A DNA stretch of 12,137 nucleotides. It comes from a bacterium (lineage in GTDB: Bacteria; Zhuqueibacterota; Zhuqueibacteria; Oceanimicrobiales; Oceanimicrobiaceae). The DNA is taken from NCBI GenBank assembly GCA_046758365.1, contig JBHIAC010000101.1:1-12137 (forward strand). Reading direction: 5' to 3'. Each line of letters opens with the position of its first letter. Positions within the stretch are counted from its first letter, which is position 1. The notes beneath the pieces were generated by a model, which worked only from the letters and a program-made list of their open reading frames with translations, did no database searches and was not told where the DNA came from. The position numbers and the translations under genes were made by a program. Of the stretch, positions 1 through 8,229 are shown piece by piece.

Positions 1-342
1 CGGTAACTTGGACGCTGTCGCCACAGACCACCGCACTATCTTGTGGTGAGATAATTTCAATTTGACAAATGGGAGGTTCTGCGCGTTTGACTTGAATAGT
101 ATCTGCACTTAAGGATTGATTGTTCTGAGCATCAGTAAAGACGCACAACGCTGAAATAAAATTGACCCCTGATTCGATCGGAATCGTGGCAAAGAGAGAA
201 TCGTTAATGACCTCTACTGGAAAACCATTTATACTACATTCGCTTGTGATTGGTGGTACACCGCCTGTTACGCTAGTGACGGCTGTGACTTTTACGCTGT
301 CATCACAGACCACGGCACTGTCTTGCGGTGAAATGATCTCAA
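1..342 (-). repeat. Intragenic tandem Ig-like repeat, period 282 nt (94 aa)
   Basis: Bases 1-60 and 283-342 match at 48 of 60 positions by manual alignment. They encode IEIISPQDSAVVCGDSVQVT and VEIISPQDSAVVCDDSVKVT. Confidence 0.85.
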
Positions 343-1498
343 CATTGCCTATCAAGGGTTCAACTGCGCATTGCACCGAGATACTGGCCGTAACCCTTGT
401 TGAGTCGTTCGCTGTTGCTGTGGCAGAAATTGTATTGGGACCTGGTGTAAGACTTAAGGTGGTTGAGAACGTTCCGGCTGCACTCATTGAAACTGGGACG
501 CCATTCACCTTTACACTCGTAATTTCCACTGGTTTAATCTTAGTAATATCAGCTACTAAAGTGTTTGGATCAATTACTTGTATAAATGTCCCTCCAGTAC
601 CTTCTGCAATAGCGGAAAGCTCTTGAGCATCGGAGAACTCGGTAATGCCAATGGTATTAATGACTATTCCTTTAGCAGCAGCCATGGCTATTTCATCTTC
701 AATGGGTCCGCCACTGGTCCTAAAACCATCCGACAAGAAAAAAGCGATGTTGGTCTCTCCTTTAGGTTGAGTATCAAAAGCAGCGATAATTTTCTGAAGT
801 GCCGCTTCAAAGTTTGAGCTGCTGCCAAAAAAGGATTGAGGTATTAGGGTAAAGAGGCCGATTGAGCCGCCCCGGAAACTATTCGAGTCCAACGACCTCA
901 AAACTTCTTCGATGTCCGGGGTGCCATTTGGTTGTTGGTCAGCTTGAGGAGAGGATAGAAAAATTTGGAATCCGGTCTCAGGACTGACGTCAGCGTTAGA
1001 GGAATTACTGGCATAAGCAATTATCCCTGCATCCACTTCTTCCAAATCGCCGAGGCTAGCATTTAAGGCCAGAGCTCCCCCTATCTCGGCATCAAGGATA
1101 TCTCCACTGAAACCATCACCATTAAAGTCATCACCTGCATCTACTACGCCATCGCTATTTACGTCAATTGGTGGAATATTTAGAGGTACGATACCAAATT
1201 CACTCGTACTACCAGAGAGATCGATGACATATAGAACATTTATTGCCGTATCAGGAAGTGAACTCAGGGTAACAAGACCTTTTACGGTCACATCGCAGGG
1301 TGGTGGACCTTGAATCGTTGTACCATCGGCGGGAGAAGTGATATTAACTGTAAGAATCTGACCGGTAGTTGTGGTATCGGAATTGGGATTTTGAGCTGAT
1401 GAATTACTGACATAGGTCATTAAAAATATAATTAAAACGGCAGCCTTCAAAAGAAAAAAATAGGCCTCTCCACGGAAATAATTAAATTCCTTCATCAT
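1..1498 (-). CDS. Secreted vWA-domain protein with Ig-like repeats (adhesin/surface protein); the 3' end runs off the window, at least 499 aa visible
   Basis: Translated by hand because it is absent from the ORF track (no stop in the window). The frame is open from ATG 1498 (or ATG 1495) to base 2. It begins MMKEFNYFRGEAYFFLLKAAVLIIFLMTYVSNSSA|QNP (signal peptide). vWA motifs are INVLYVIDLSGST (DxSxS, 1222-1208), SNFEAALQKI, NIAFFLSDG, GIVINTIGI and LSAIAEGTGGTFIQV. Beta-rich repeats starting (V/I)EIISPQDSAVVC follow. An SD-like AGGGGGT is at 1507-1501. Confidence 0.9.
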   Translation of the reverse strand, partial: MMKEFNYFRGEAYFFLLKAAVLIIFLMTYVSNSSAQNPNSDTTTTGQILTVNITSPADGTTIQGPPPCDVTVKGLVTLSSLPDTAINVLYVIDLSGSTSEFGIVPLNIPPIDVNSDGVVDAGDDFNGDGFSGDILDAEIGGALALNASLGDLEEVDAGIIAYASNSSNADVSPETGFQIFLSSPQADQQPNGTPDIEEVLRSLDSNSFRGGSIGLFTLIPQSFFGSSSNFEAALQKIIAAFDTQPKGETNIAFFLSDGFRTSGGPIEDEIAMAAAKGIVINTIGITEFSDAQELSAIAEGTGGTFIQVIDPNTLVADITKIKPVEITSVKVNGVPVSMSAAGTFSTTLSLTPGPNTISATATANDSTRVTASISVQCAVEPLIGNVEIISPQDSAVVCDDSVKVTAVTSVTGGVPPITSECSINGFPVEVINDSLFATIPIESGVNFISALCVFTDAQNNQSLSADTIQVKRAEPPICQIEIISPQDSAVVCGDSVQVT

Positions 1499-1550
1499 TG
1501 ACCCCCTATATTAAATCGTTTATTGTAAAATTTTAACTAATGAGTTTGTT

Positions 1551-2141
1551 TTATGACACCTCCTTCAACCTTTCAATTTCTTTTGCTAATGAAGCCTGAC
1601 CCTCTCTTGTTGTTATGTCAACGTCAAAATTCGGATTCAAGATTTTAACTTCGGTAAGACTATTTGCAAAATCTCCTAATAAGAAATAGTTCTCCGCCTT
1701 TAATACGTGTAAATCGTCTACATCTAATGATAGGCCGTACGGAAAACTCCATGAAGGATCAAGTGATAGAGCCTCATTAGCTTCTGTATTCGATTTAGTG
1801 TAGTTTTTCCGAGCATTTAGTACAAACGCCCAACCTGCAAATAGATCCGCGGAGGCATTGTTTTTTGCTGAGCCTGCACTAAATTCTGAATTAGCTTGGA
1901 TTAAATTATCTAATTTTAGAAAACTCCATCCTAAGCCCGTATAAGCTACTGCCTCTTCGGGGTCTTTTGTTTTGGCTTCGGAAAATTTATCAGAAGCATT
2001 CTGGTACTCACTCTGACTGAAGGCCAACCAGCCGTCATTTATTAGTTCCTCATAGCTCGGTTCAGTTGGACCGCCACCGCATGTTATAAATATTACTATA
2101 AGTCCTACAAAAAGCAGATAATGAGTAATATCTTTTTTCAT
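1551..2141 (-). CDS. TPR-repeat lipoprotein
   Basis: MKK, a hydrophobic stretch and the lipobox-like FIT|C-GGG. Helical TPR-like motifs follow (GWLAFSQSEYQNASDKFSEAKTKDPEEAVAYTGLGWSFLKL; ANEALSLDP). Confidence 0.8.
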   Translation of the reverse strand: MKKDITHYLLFVGLIVIFITCGGGPTEPSYEELINDGWLAFSQSEYQNASDKFSEAKTKDPEEAVAYTGLGWSFLKLDNLIQANSEFSAGSAKNNASADLFAGWAFVLNARKNYTKSNTEANEALSLDPSWSFPYGLSLDVDDLHVLKAENYFLLGDFANSLTEVKILNPNFDVDITTREGQASLAKEIERLKEVS

Positions 2142-2168
2142 ATAAAATTCCTTAAAAATTAATTGATA

Positions 2169-5100
2169 CTATCTTAACAGAATCATTTTGTTTGTTTTTA
2201 CAACTTTTTCGGCTTTGAGACGATAGAAATATACTCCGCTGGATACCTGATGTCCCGTCTCATTCGTGGCATCCCAATGAACTTTATAGCTTCCTGCTAA
2301 TTGGTGTCCATTATACAAAGTCTTGACTTTCTGACCTAGAGAATTGAAAACGGTTATGACCACAAGTCCATCTTCTGGGAGGTCATATTCAATGGTAGTT
2401 ATTGGGTTGAATGGATTCGGATAATTTTGCTTTAGTGAATATGTTTTGGGCACCAGGTTAGTTCCGTCAAAACCTGGGTCTAAAGAGATTTTAAATTCTC
2501 CCAGCTTAAATACCTGGGCTTTAATCTTGTGTAGTGTAGGAAAAACCTGGCTACGCAGTGGTTTCCACGTTTCATCTTCTTTCTGATAAATGAAAAGTTT
2601 GCTGACATCTGGGAAAGTGGTTTCGTCAAAGATCAACTCTAAGTATAAGGGCTTATTGAATTCTTTTTGCGGACCGAATTGAAAAATCATTTCGTTATCT
2701 ACTTCTTGATAATCAGCGGTGAAATAGGTTTCTTCTTGAATAGAATGTTGGTCTATTTGCAATATGGCTTTATTGTTTAATGTTGAAAGGGAAGTGGAAA
2801 TGCCTGGTTTTGCCAACGTAACTGCAAAAGAGCGTGTTTGTGTTGAATCAACGCCATTGATTAAACCGACTGCATTTGTTTGAATCGTATACGTTCCGCT
2901 CTCTGTAAATTCAAATGCTCCTTTATATATCGTTATTGTACCAGATATTACAGACATATCAACGGAGGTGGTATCACTTCCTACCCAAATCTTGACCGTC
3001 GGTGTATTTTTTAGTGTTTTATCCGAAACGACTACAATATCGGCGTATTTTGAGACAGCCGGATTTTGCAGCACAGAAGTTGTAATGTTTGGGGGATTAA
3101 GGTCAATTTCTGCTATGAGTTCGTTATCCCATAAAAACTGTGCAGCCTCCGAATTGGCTAATAAGTCATCGATGCTGGAAGCGCCGATCACTGCAAAAGC
3201 AATTTCAACCGATTGCTCAGGCGCAAGCGTAAAAGGACCGGTTGAAGTTAGTGTAGATACATCGGTTTCATCTATTGTTTTTGTTTGAATCCCCTTGCTC
3301 AAGAAATTCCATTTCTCTAAATCGGTGAATCCATCACGGTCATCTCCACCATATATCTCATTCTCATTATGGATTGAACGATATGAAGTTACGCCTGGAG
3401 AAGTTACAATTTTAGTGGCGGCAAGTTTTGTGGGATTATTTGAACTGTTTTGCACATAGCCCATATTTCTTAATTGATCGAATCGAGCAAAATCAATTGA
3501 GAGAGAAGTTATATCCCAATCAAAAAATAGTCCAGCAAATAAATTTGTAAGCGTGGCACTCCCTTTATTTAGAATAGTATATTTAAAGATCACGAAATCA
3601 TTAAATGGTTCGCTGGTATAGGCAAAGGTTTCTTGCGTTATTTCAAGCCCAAGAGGATTTGAAGCAAGTGAATCTTCAAGCAGAACTAAACCTTCTTGGT
3701 CTGCAAACTCTCCTGGCGAGACAACGGACAAAATTGAAACGGGTCTAAAATCATCATCCTGTGTGGAGCCATCCGCACCTCGAATACAATCAGAAACCGT
3801 GGTGGGGCCGGTTCCTAGCATCAAGCCGCCTTCAAAGAGAAAATTGGAGCCATCAAATACAAAGCCAACGCCTGGGGATTCCTCAGCGAATCCAATAAAT
3901 CCAATGTTACCTTGTGTTGTGATTGAGGTTTGCAAGGTTCCTGTGTCATGATTTGTAAATTGAGGCGGATTGGCTACAATCAGGAAGAAATCTCGGTCGC
4001 TATAATTATCTGCTGAAATATCTGTGATAAATCTCAGTACGTGTCCTTCATTAACTGTATTTAGAAGATTGAACTGAAAATTGACCGTTAAAGTGTCGTT
4101 AGTATTTAAAGTTGAAAAATTACTAATCGCATTCGAAAGAGTTATATTGGGATCGTCAGATGTTATAGTAATAGAAACGTTTGAAGCATTTTCAAGATAG
4201 TTTGTAAATCGTACGGTAAGGTCAACGGTCTCACCAACGTCAATTCTTTCATCATCTCCGCTTACTGTAAATGAAGATTCTACAATCCGAATCGCTGGAA
4301 GGTCCGATAAAGTTAAGGCCTGAAATGCATTGACCCGGCCCTTTCCAAGAAGGCCGGAAAGTGATGGATTTCTAGAATCTATATTTTCAGCCGTCACTCT
4401 TACCTGTTCTCTAATTTGGTCAACAGTCCAATCTGGATGCAGCGTTTTCACCAGCCCGGCAATTCCGGCTACAAATGGGGTAGACATTGAAGTTCCTTGC
4501 CAGGTATTTCCGCTATACTGGTTATCCGGCTGTGTGCTATTTATGCCGACCCCTGGTGCAAAGACATCTACGGTTACACCGTAATTTGAAAAGCCTGCTT
4601 TGCGATCGGTATTAGTTGTTGCGCCAACCGCAAGAACGTGATTATAATTTGAGGGGAAATGGGGTGTAATATCATTATTGGAACCATCATTTCCAGCGGC
4701 AGCGACAACAAGAGAGCCATTTTCAAAAGCAAAATTTATCACATCATTTTCAAATAATGAGGGAGGCCCCGGGCCTCCTAAACTTAAGCTTATTATGTCA
4801 GCACCGTTATCGGCGGCATAGGCAAGGCCTTCAAAGAAGAAAGCTATAAATTCATCCCCTTGCGGAAACGCGGCATTAATTGGCATAAGCGTGCAGTTCC
4901 AACTTATGCTGGCGACTCCAATTTTGTTATCGGTTACCGCACACGCAATTCCTGCGGTATGCGTTCCATGCTGGCCAAGAGTAGTTTGGTGAGTGAGGCC
5001 TTTAGGATTGTTTGAATTATTTGCAAAATTCCACCCATGGACATCATCTATAAAGCCGTTATCATCATCATCAAGTCCATTATCTGGTATTTCTTCGCTG

Positions 5101-5759
5101 TTGTTCCAAATATTTGCAATCAAATCCTCGTGCTCCCAATCTGTACCCCCGTCAACTATTGCAATAACCACGTTTCCAGAATCTCCCTTTATGATATCCC
5201 AAGCATCTGGTGCGTCAACAACTGTAAATTGTAGCATGGTAGTAAAAAACGAATCGTTTGGTGTAGCATTCAGTTTATATAGGTATTTAGGCTCGGCATA
5301 TTCAATGTTAGGATCAATGGCAAAATCCATAGCCACTTCTTTTGGATTTTCTCCACTACTGTAATTAAAGTAATAAATCCTGCGCAAATCTTTAGCCATT
5401 TTCTTAGTTGAATGATCCAGAAATGGAAGAGCTTTTTTGATAGCATAAACATTATGCTTATTTAATTTTTTATCTATTGAGCTAAAAGACTTATTTGCAA
5501 TATTTACTTGTTCTCTAAATTTTACAACGATAACTCCATCTAAAACTTGCCGTTCTTTATCAGAGAATTGCGTATTAGCCTGAAATCCAATCTGGGAACG
5601 TAAAGAGCTTAAATTGCGTTCTGTCTTTTTCTTTGCCTTTTCTCTCTGACCATTATCATGTGCAAATAATATTTTGGTAATGGGTAATACGATTAACAAA
5701 ATAAAAATAGCAAATGCAATAGACTTAGTTTTCATTGGACAGTTAGAGAATTCTTTCAT
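2169..5759 (-). CDS. Secreted subtilisin-family (S8) serine peptidase with C-terminal beta domains and a T9SS type A/FlgD-Ig sorting domain
   Basis: Signal peptide (the start may be MKTKS at 5735) and a prodomain ending IEYAEPKY. Catalytic triad AIVD203GG, H264GTHTAG and GTS424MSTP, with oxyanion AAAGN357. Ca-binding insert DNGLDDDDNGFIDD. C-terminal LKQNYPNPFNPITTIEY...SSGVYFYRL...KMILLR. Confidence 0.95.
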   Translation of the reverse strand: MKEFSNCPMKTKSIAFAIFILLIVLPITKILFAHDNGQREKAKKKTERNLSSLRSQIGFQANTQFSDKERQVLDGVIVVKFREQVNIANKSFSSIDKKLNKHNVYAIKKALPFLDHSTKKMAKDLRRIYYFNYSSGENPKEVAMDFAIDPNIEYAEPKYLYKLNATPNDSFFTTMLQFTVVDAPDAWDIIKGDSGNVVIAIVDGGTDWEHEDLIANIWNNSEEIPDNGLDDDDNGFIDDVHGWNFANNSNNPKGLTHQTTLGQHGTHTAGIACAVTDNKIGVASISWNCTLMPINAAFPQGDEFIAFFFEGLAYAADNGADIISLSLGGPGPPSLFENDVINFAFENGSLVVAAAGNDGSNNDITPHFPSNYNHVLAVGATTNTDRKAGFSNYGVTVDVFAPGVGINSTQPDNQYSGNTWQGTSMSTPFVAGIAGLVKTLHPDWTVDQIREQVRVTAENIDSRNPSLSGLLGKGRVNAFQALTLSDLPAIRIVESSFTVSGDDERIDVGETVDLTVRFTNYLENASNVSITITSDDPNITLSNAISNFSTLNTNDTLTVNFQFNLLNTVNEGHVLRFITDISADNYSDRDFFLIVANPPQFTNHDTGTLQTSITTQGNIGFIGFAEESPGVGFVFDGSNFLFEGGLMLGTGPTTVSDCIRGADGSTQDDDFRPVSILSVVSPGEFADQEGLVLLEDSLASNPLGLEITQETFAYTSEPFNDFVIFKYTILNKGSATLTNLFAGLFFDWDITSLSIDFARFDQLRNMGYVQNSSNNPTKLAATKIVTSPGVTSYRSIHNENEIYGGDDRDGFTDLEKWNFLSKGIQTKTIDETDVSTLTSTGPFTLAPEQSVEIAFAVIGASSIDDLLANSEAAQFLWDNELIAEIDLNPPNITTSVLQNPAVSKYADIVVVSDKTLKNTPTVKIWVGSDTTSVDMSVISGTITIYKGAFEFTESGTYTIQTNAVGLINGVDSTQTRSFAVTLAKPGISTSLSTLNNKAILQIDQHSIQEETYFTADYQEVDNEMIFQFGPQKEFNKPLYLELIFDETTFPDVSKLFIYQKEDETWKPLRSQVFPTLHKIKAQVFKLGEFKISLDPGFDGTNLVPKTYSLKQNYPNPFNPITTIEYDLPEDGLVVITVFNSLGQKVKTLYNGHQLAGSYKVHWDATNETGHQVSSGVYFYRLKAEKVVKTNKMILLR

Positions 5760-5778
5760 TTTTTCTACCCGGTTAAAA

Positions 5779-7134
5779 TTATTGGTTATCTTGAATTTTT
5801 CTTAAAGTTTCTGAGATTCCATTTATTTTATATCTAATTTTATCGTATTTTTTCTTTTTCTTTCGAGCCAAAAGAAGCATTTCGGTGGCTGGCCTCCGCA
5901 GATCAACACCAATTATTTTTCCATCATAAAATTCCTGAATGGTTTTTAAGGCTGTGTGTGCAACCACATGAAGTTTACTTTTAAATTTTTTAAGAACTTT
6001 CTCTAAATCACTCTTCAGAGTGTCTGTCAGCACATAGCCTCTGTGCCAAAAAACACTCTTTTCTGCAAATAAGAAATATAGCATTCTTGTTATTTGTAGA
6101 GAATCAACTTTTGTTAGTGATAATGAAGCTATGGTTAATGAATCTGCCAGTAAATATTTAAATAAATCTGCATGTAAATAAGCGTATAACGAATCATTAA
6201 ATGATTCGATTGAATCATTAAAATATTTAATATAATCAGGTGTCACACCACCATGAGCAAATAAAATGTTGTTTATTCTTAAAATGCCTGGTTTTGCTGC
6301 AAGCCATTTACCTAAAATAGAATGCTGGATGTCAAACATTTTAGAATATTCGATATTGTGTAATTTGGCGATTAGATTTTCTTTCCCTGAAAGATACCTC
6401 AGATCATTACAGAGAGTCATGATCTCATGATTACCCAGTACTACATGAACATACCCACCATATTTTTTAGCCTGTTTTTCCAAATGGTAAAGAAACCATA
6501 AGGTCTTTGTCACATCATGCCCCCTATCAAAAATATCACCTAAAAAAACCAAATGTTTTCGATTTGCTATCCACTTTAAGTTTGAATCAATGATTTTTCC
6601 ATTGGTAAGCAATTGAAGCAGGTTATTGTACTCTCCGTGAACATCTCCAATGACATAAATTGAATCAACTTTATTGAATATGTAATTTCGTTCATGCTCT
6701 GAGAAATTTAAATATATAGTCGTGACATGTTTATCAAAATCATTTTTTAAGCTGCCGTATTGAAGAACTAAAGACTCGTAATTTAACTTTTCAAAAGCAA
6801 TGCTGTGGGATCGAGATACGGGCGTGGTAAAATCATAATGGAGATTATCATTATTAAATACTTTCAAATATCCTGAATCAGGTTCCTGGGTAATCCAGTT
6901 AACTACTATTTGGTTATTCCTTTCTTGAACCCACAAACCATATTCCCCATTCAAATTATATTTTCTTGTATTTTGGGATTTAATATGATTATAACTTGAA
7001 ACAATCCCTGACTCTAATTCTATTCCGGTTAAATTTCCTGAAGAAAAAATATAGAAAATATGAATTACAGTAATTACTGTAAAAAGTAATGGAATTCGAT
7101 TACTTAACAATCTGATGCTTTTTAATATAGTCAT
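5779..7134 (-). CDS. Calcineurin-like metallophosphoesterase, Shewanella-like phosphatase (PPP-related) type, with N-terminal signal/TM segment
   Basis: Motifs GDVHG(163-167), GDIFDRG(199-205), GNHE(234-237), HGG(294-296), WHRGY and VAHT. The EKQAKKYGGYVHVVLGNHEIM..DLRY segment is typical of Shewanella-like phosphatases. Residues about 14-31 are hydrophobic. Confidence 0.9.
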   Translation of the reverse strand: MTILKSIRLLSNRIPLLFTVITVIHIFYIFSSGNLTGIELESGIVSSYNHIKSQNTRKYNLNGEYGLWVQERNNQIVVNWITQEPDSGYLKVFNNDNLHYDFTTPVSRSHSIAFEKLNYESLVLQYGSLKNDFDKHVTTIYLNFSEHERNYIFNKVDSIYVIGDVHGEYNNLLQLLTNGKIIDSNLKWIANRKHLVFLGDIFDRGHDVTKTLWFLYHLEKQAKKYGGYVHVVLGNHEIMTLCNDLRYLSGKENLIAKLHNIEYSKMFDIQHSILGKWLAAKPGILRINNILFAHGGVTPDYIKYFNDSIESFNDSLYAYLHADLFKYLLADSLTIASLSLTKVDSLQITRMLYFLFAEKSVFWHRGYVLTDTLKSDLEKVLKKFKSKLHVVAHTALKTIQEFYDGKIIGVDLRRPATEMLLLARKKKKKYDKIRYKINGISETLRKIQDNQ

Positions 7135-7155
7135 GATTTATTCTTTGAGTATAAT

Positions 7156-8118
7156 TTAAAACGTTTTGATTTTTCCTTTATCAATACGTTTTAATATTTT
7201 ATTTAATCTTTTGTATACTTCTTTAATCTCTTTTGATGTAAGACCAAACTGTATTATTCCATTTGATTGACGTACCCCTTTTCCTTTATTGAGATTCTGA
7301 GTGGCCTCTACGGGAACCAAATAGCCATCCTTCATTTCAAATTGGGCGACCACTCCCAAAGTCCTTTCTAAATCCTCGAGCTGAATTCCTCTTAAACGAT
7401 CAATAGTTTCTTTTGGCAAACGTTTTAATCTGATATCCCGCCATTCATACCCTCTAGTACTTTCCAAATTTCCAAATGCTAAGCCATTATCCACAGCAAA
7501 AACCCGTGGATTGGTGGGATCGGTTGAAATTAAAAAATTCCCTATATTAGAATCACTGTGTTTGATAAGATAAGAGAAGATGTTCATATTCCCTAAGTGT
7601 CTGGCGTAAGATGTATCCGATGCAAAACGTTTTTTATCATAAATGTTTTTACTGGTCACATTTTCTAGCCAATATTGGAGTACAAAAACTACATCAGATG
7701 TTTTTTTAAATGTTGGATCAATCCCAGGTTCAAGTTTGCGATATTGCCCTACTGGCATACATCGTCCTACAGTGGGTGGAACCACATAATCTTCTGGATC
7801 TAAGAAAAGCTTCTGCAGTTTATATGCAGCAATTTCATAACGCGGCTCATTATTGGGCGCTCGGCCACCCCTTGCTGATCTTTTCCATTTGACCTGTATC
7901 ATGGTATCATGGTACTTCAGGATCACCCTTTTTGTGATATCACCTTCAAATCGCGAATCTCGAAATCTGATAATATCGAAGGGTTCGTATATGAGTCTTT
8001 GCTCAATTTCTTCAATGGGATATAAAATATTACTATCTTGAGCAATGGCCTGAAGTGATAAAAAAAGAAGGCTAAAAAAGAGGAAAAATATTCTTACCCT
8101 GAATTTAATATTTTTCAT
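7156..8118 (-). CDS. Exported atypical kinase of the PI3/PI4-kinase-like / Fam20 / HipA-related fold
   Basis: Sec signal peptide with AIA|Q cleavage at 26/27. Kinase-like motifs appear in the expected order: QVKWK79 (beta3 Lys), E95IAAYKL (alphaC Glu), VVPPTV, LQYWL (hinge), HSD189SNIGN194FLI (catalytic loop) and VFAVD210NGLAF (DFG equivalent). SD AAGGAG at 8133-8128. Confidence 0.75.
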   Translation of the reverse strand: MKNIKFRVRIFFLFFSLLFLSLQAIAQDSNILYPIEEIEQRLIYEPFDIIRFRDSRFEGDITKRVILKYHDTMIQVKWKRSARGGRAPNNEPRYEIAAYKLQKLFLDPEDYVVPPTVGRCMPVGQYRKLEPGIDPTFKKTSDVVFVLQYWLENVTSKNIYDKKRFASDTSYARHLGNMNIFSYLIKHSDSNIGNFLISTDPTNPRVFAVDNGLAFGNLESTRGYEWRDIRLKRLPKETIDRLRGIQLEDLERTLGVVAQFEMKDGYLVPVEATQNLNKGKGVRQSNGIIQFGLTSKEIKEVYKRLNKILKRIDKGKIKTF

Positions 8119-8229
8119 AATATTTAACTCCTTATTCTAAACGATAATAAAGACTATAAATATTCTAAAAGATATCTATCGTGATCAGTGGCTTAAATCG
8201 AGTTGTGTAATGGTTAGTTATTTGATTTA

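Noticed and set aside
162..817. Plus-strand ORFs 162-626 and 578-817
   Set aside because: Antisense shadows of the minus-strand vWA/Ig gene, which has clear motifs.
1484..1495. vWA and S8 proteins both begin MKEF
   Set aside because: Only four residues with different codons, and the S8 start is uncertain, so this is likely coincidence.
5058..5075. ATC/TCA trinucleotide run as a phase-variable repeat
   Set aside because: It encodes the Asp-rich Ca-binding loop (DDDDNG) common in S8 proteases.
2968..5452. ORFs 2968-3288, 3763-3951, 4330-4584, 4993-5364, 5037-5234 (+) and 5270-5452 (-)
   Set aside because: All lie inside the S8 peptidase gene and have no recognisable motifs.
7156..8118. Kinase as a HipA toxin of a toxin-antitoxin or defence module
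   Set aside because: It has a clear signal peptide, no HipA N-terminal domain and no adjacent HTH antitoxin gene.
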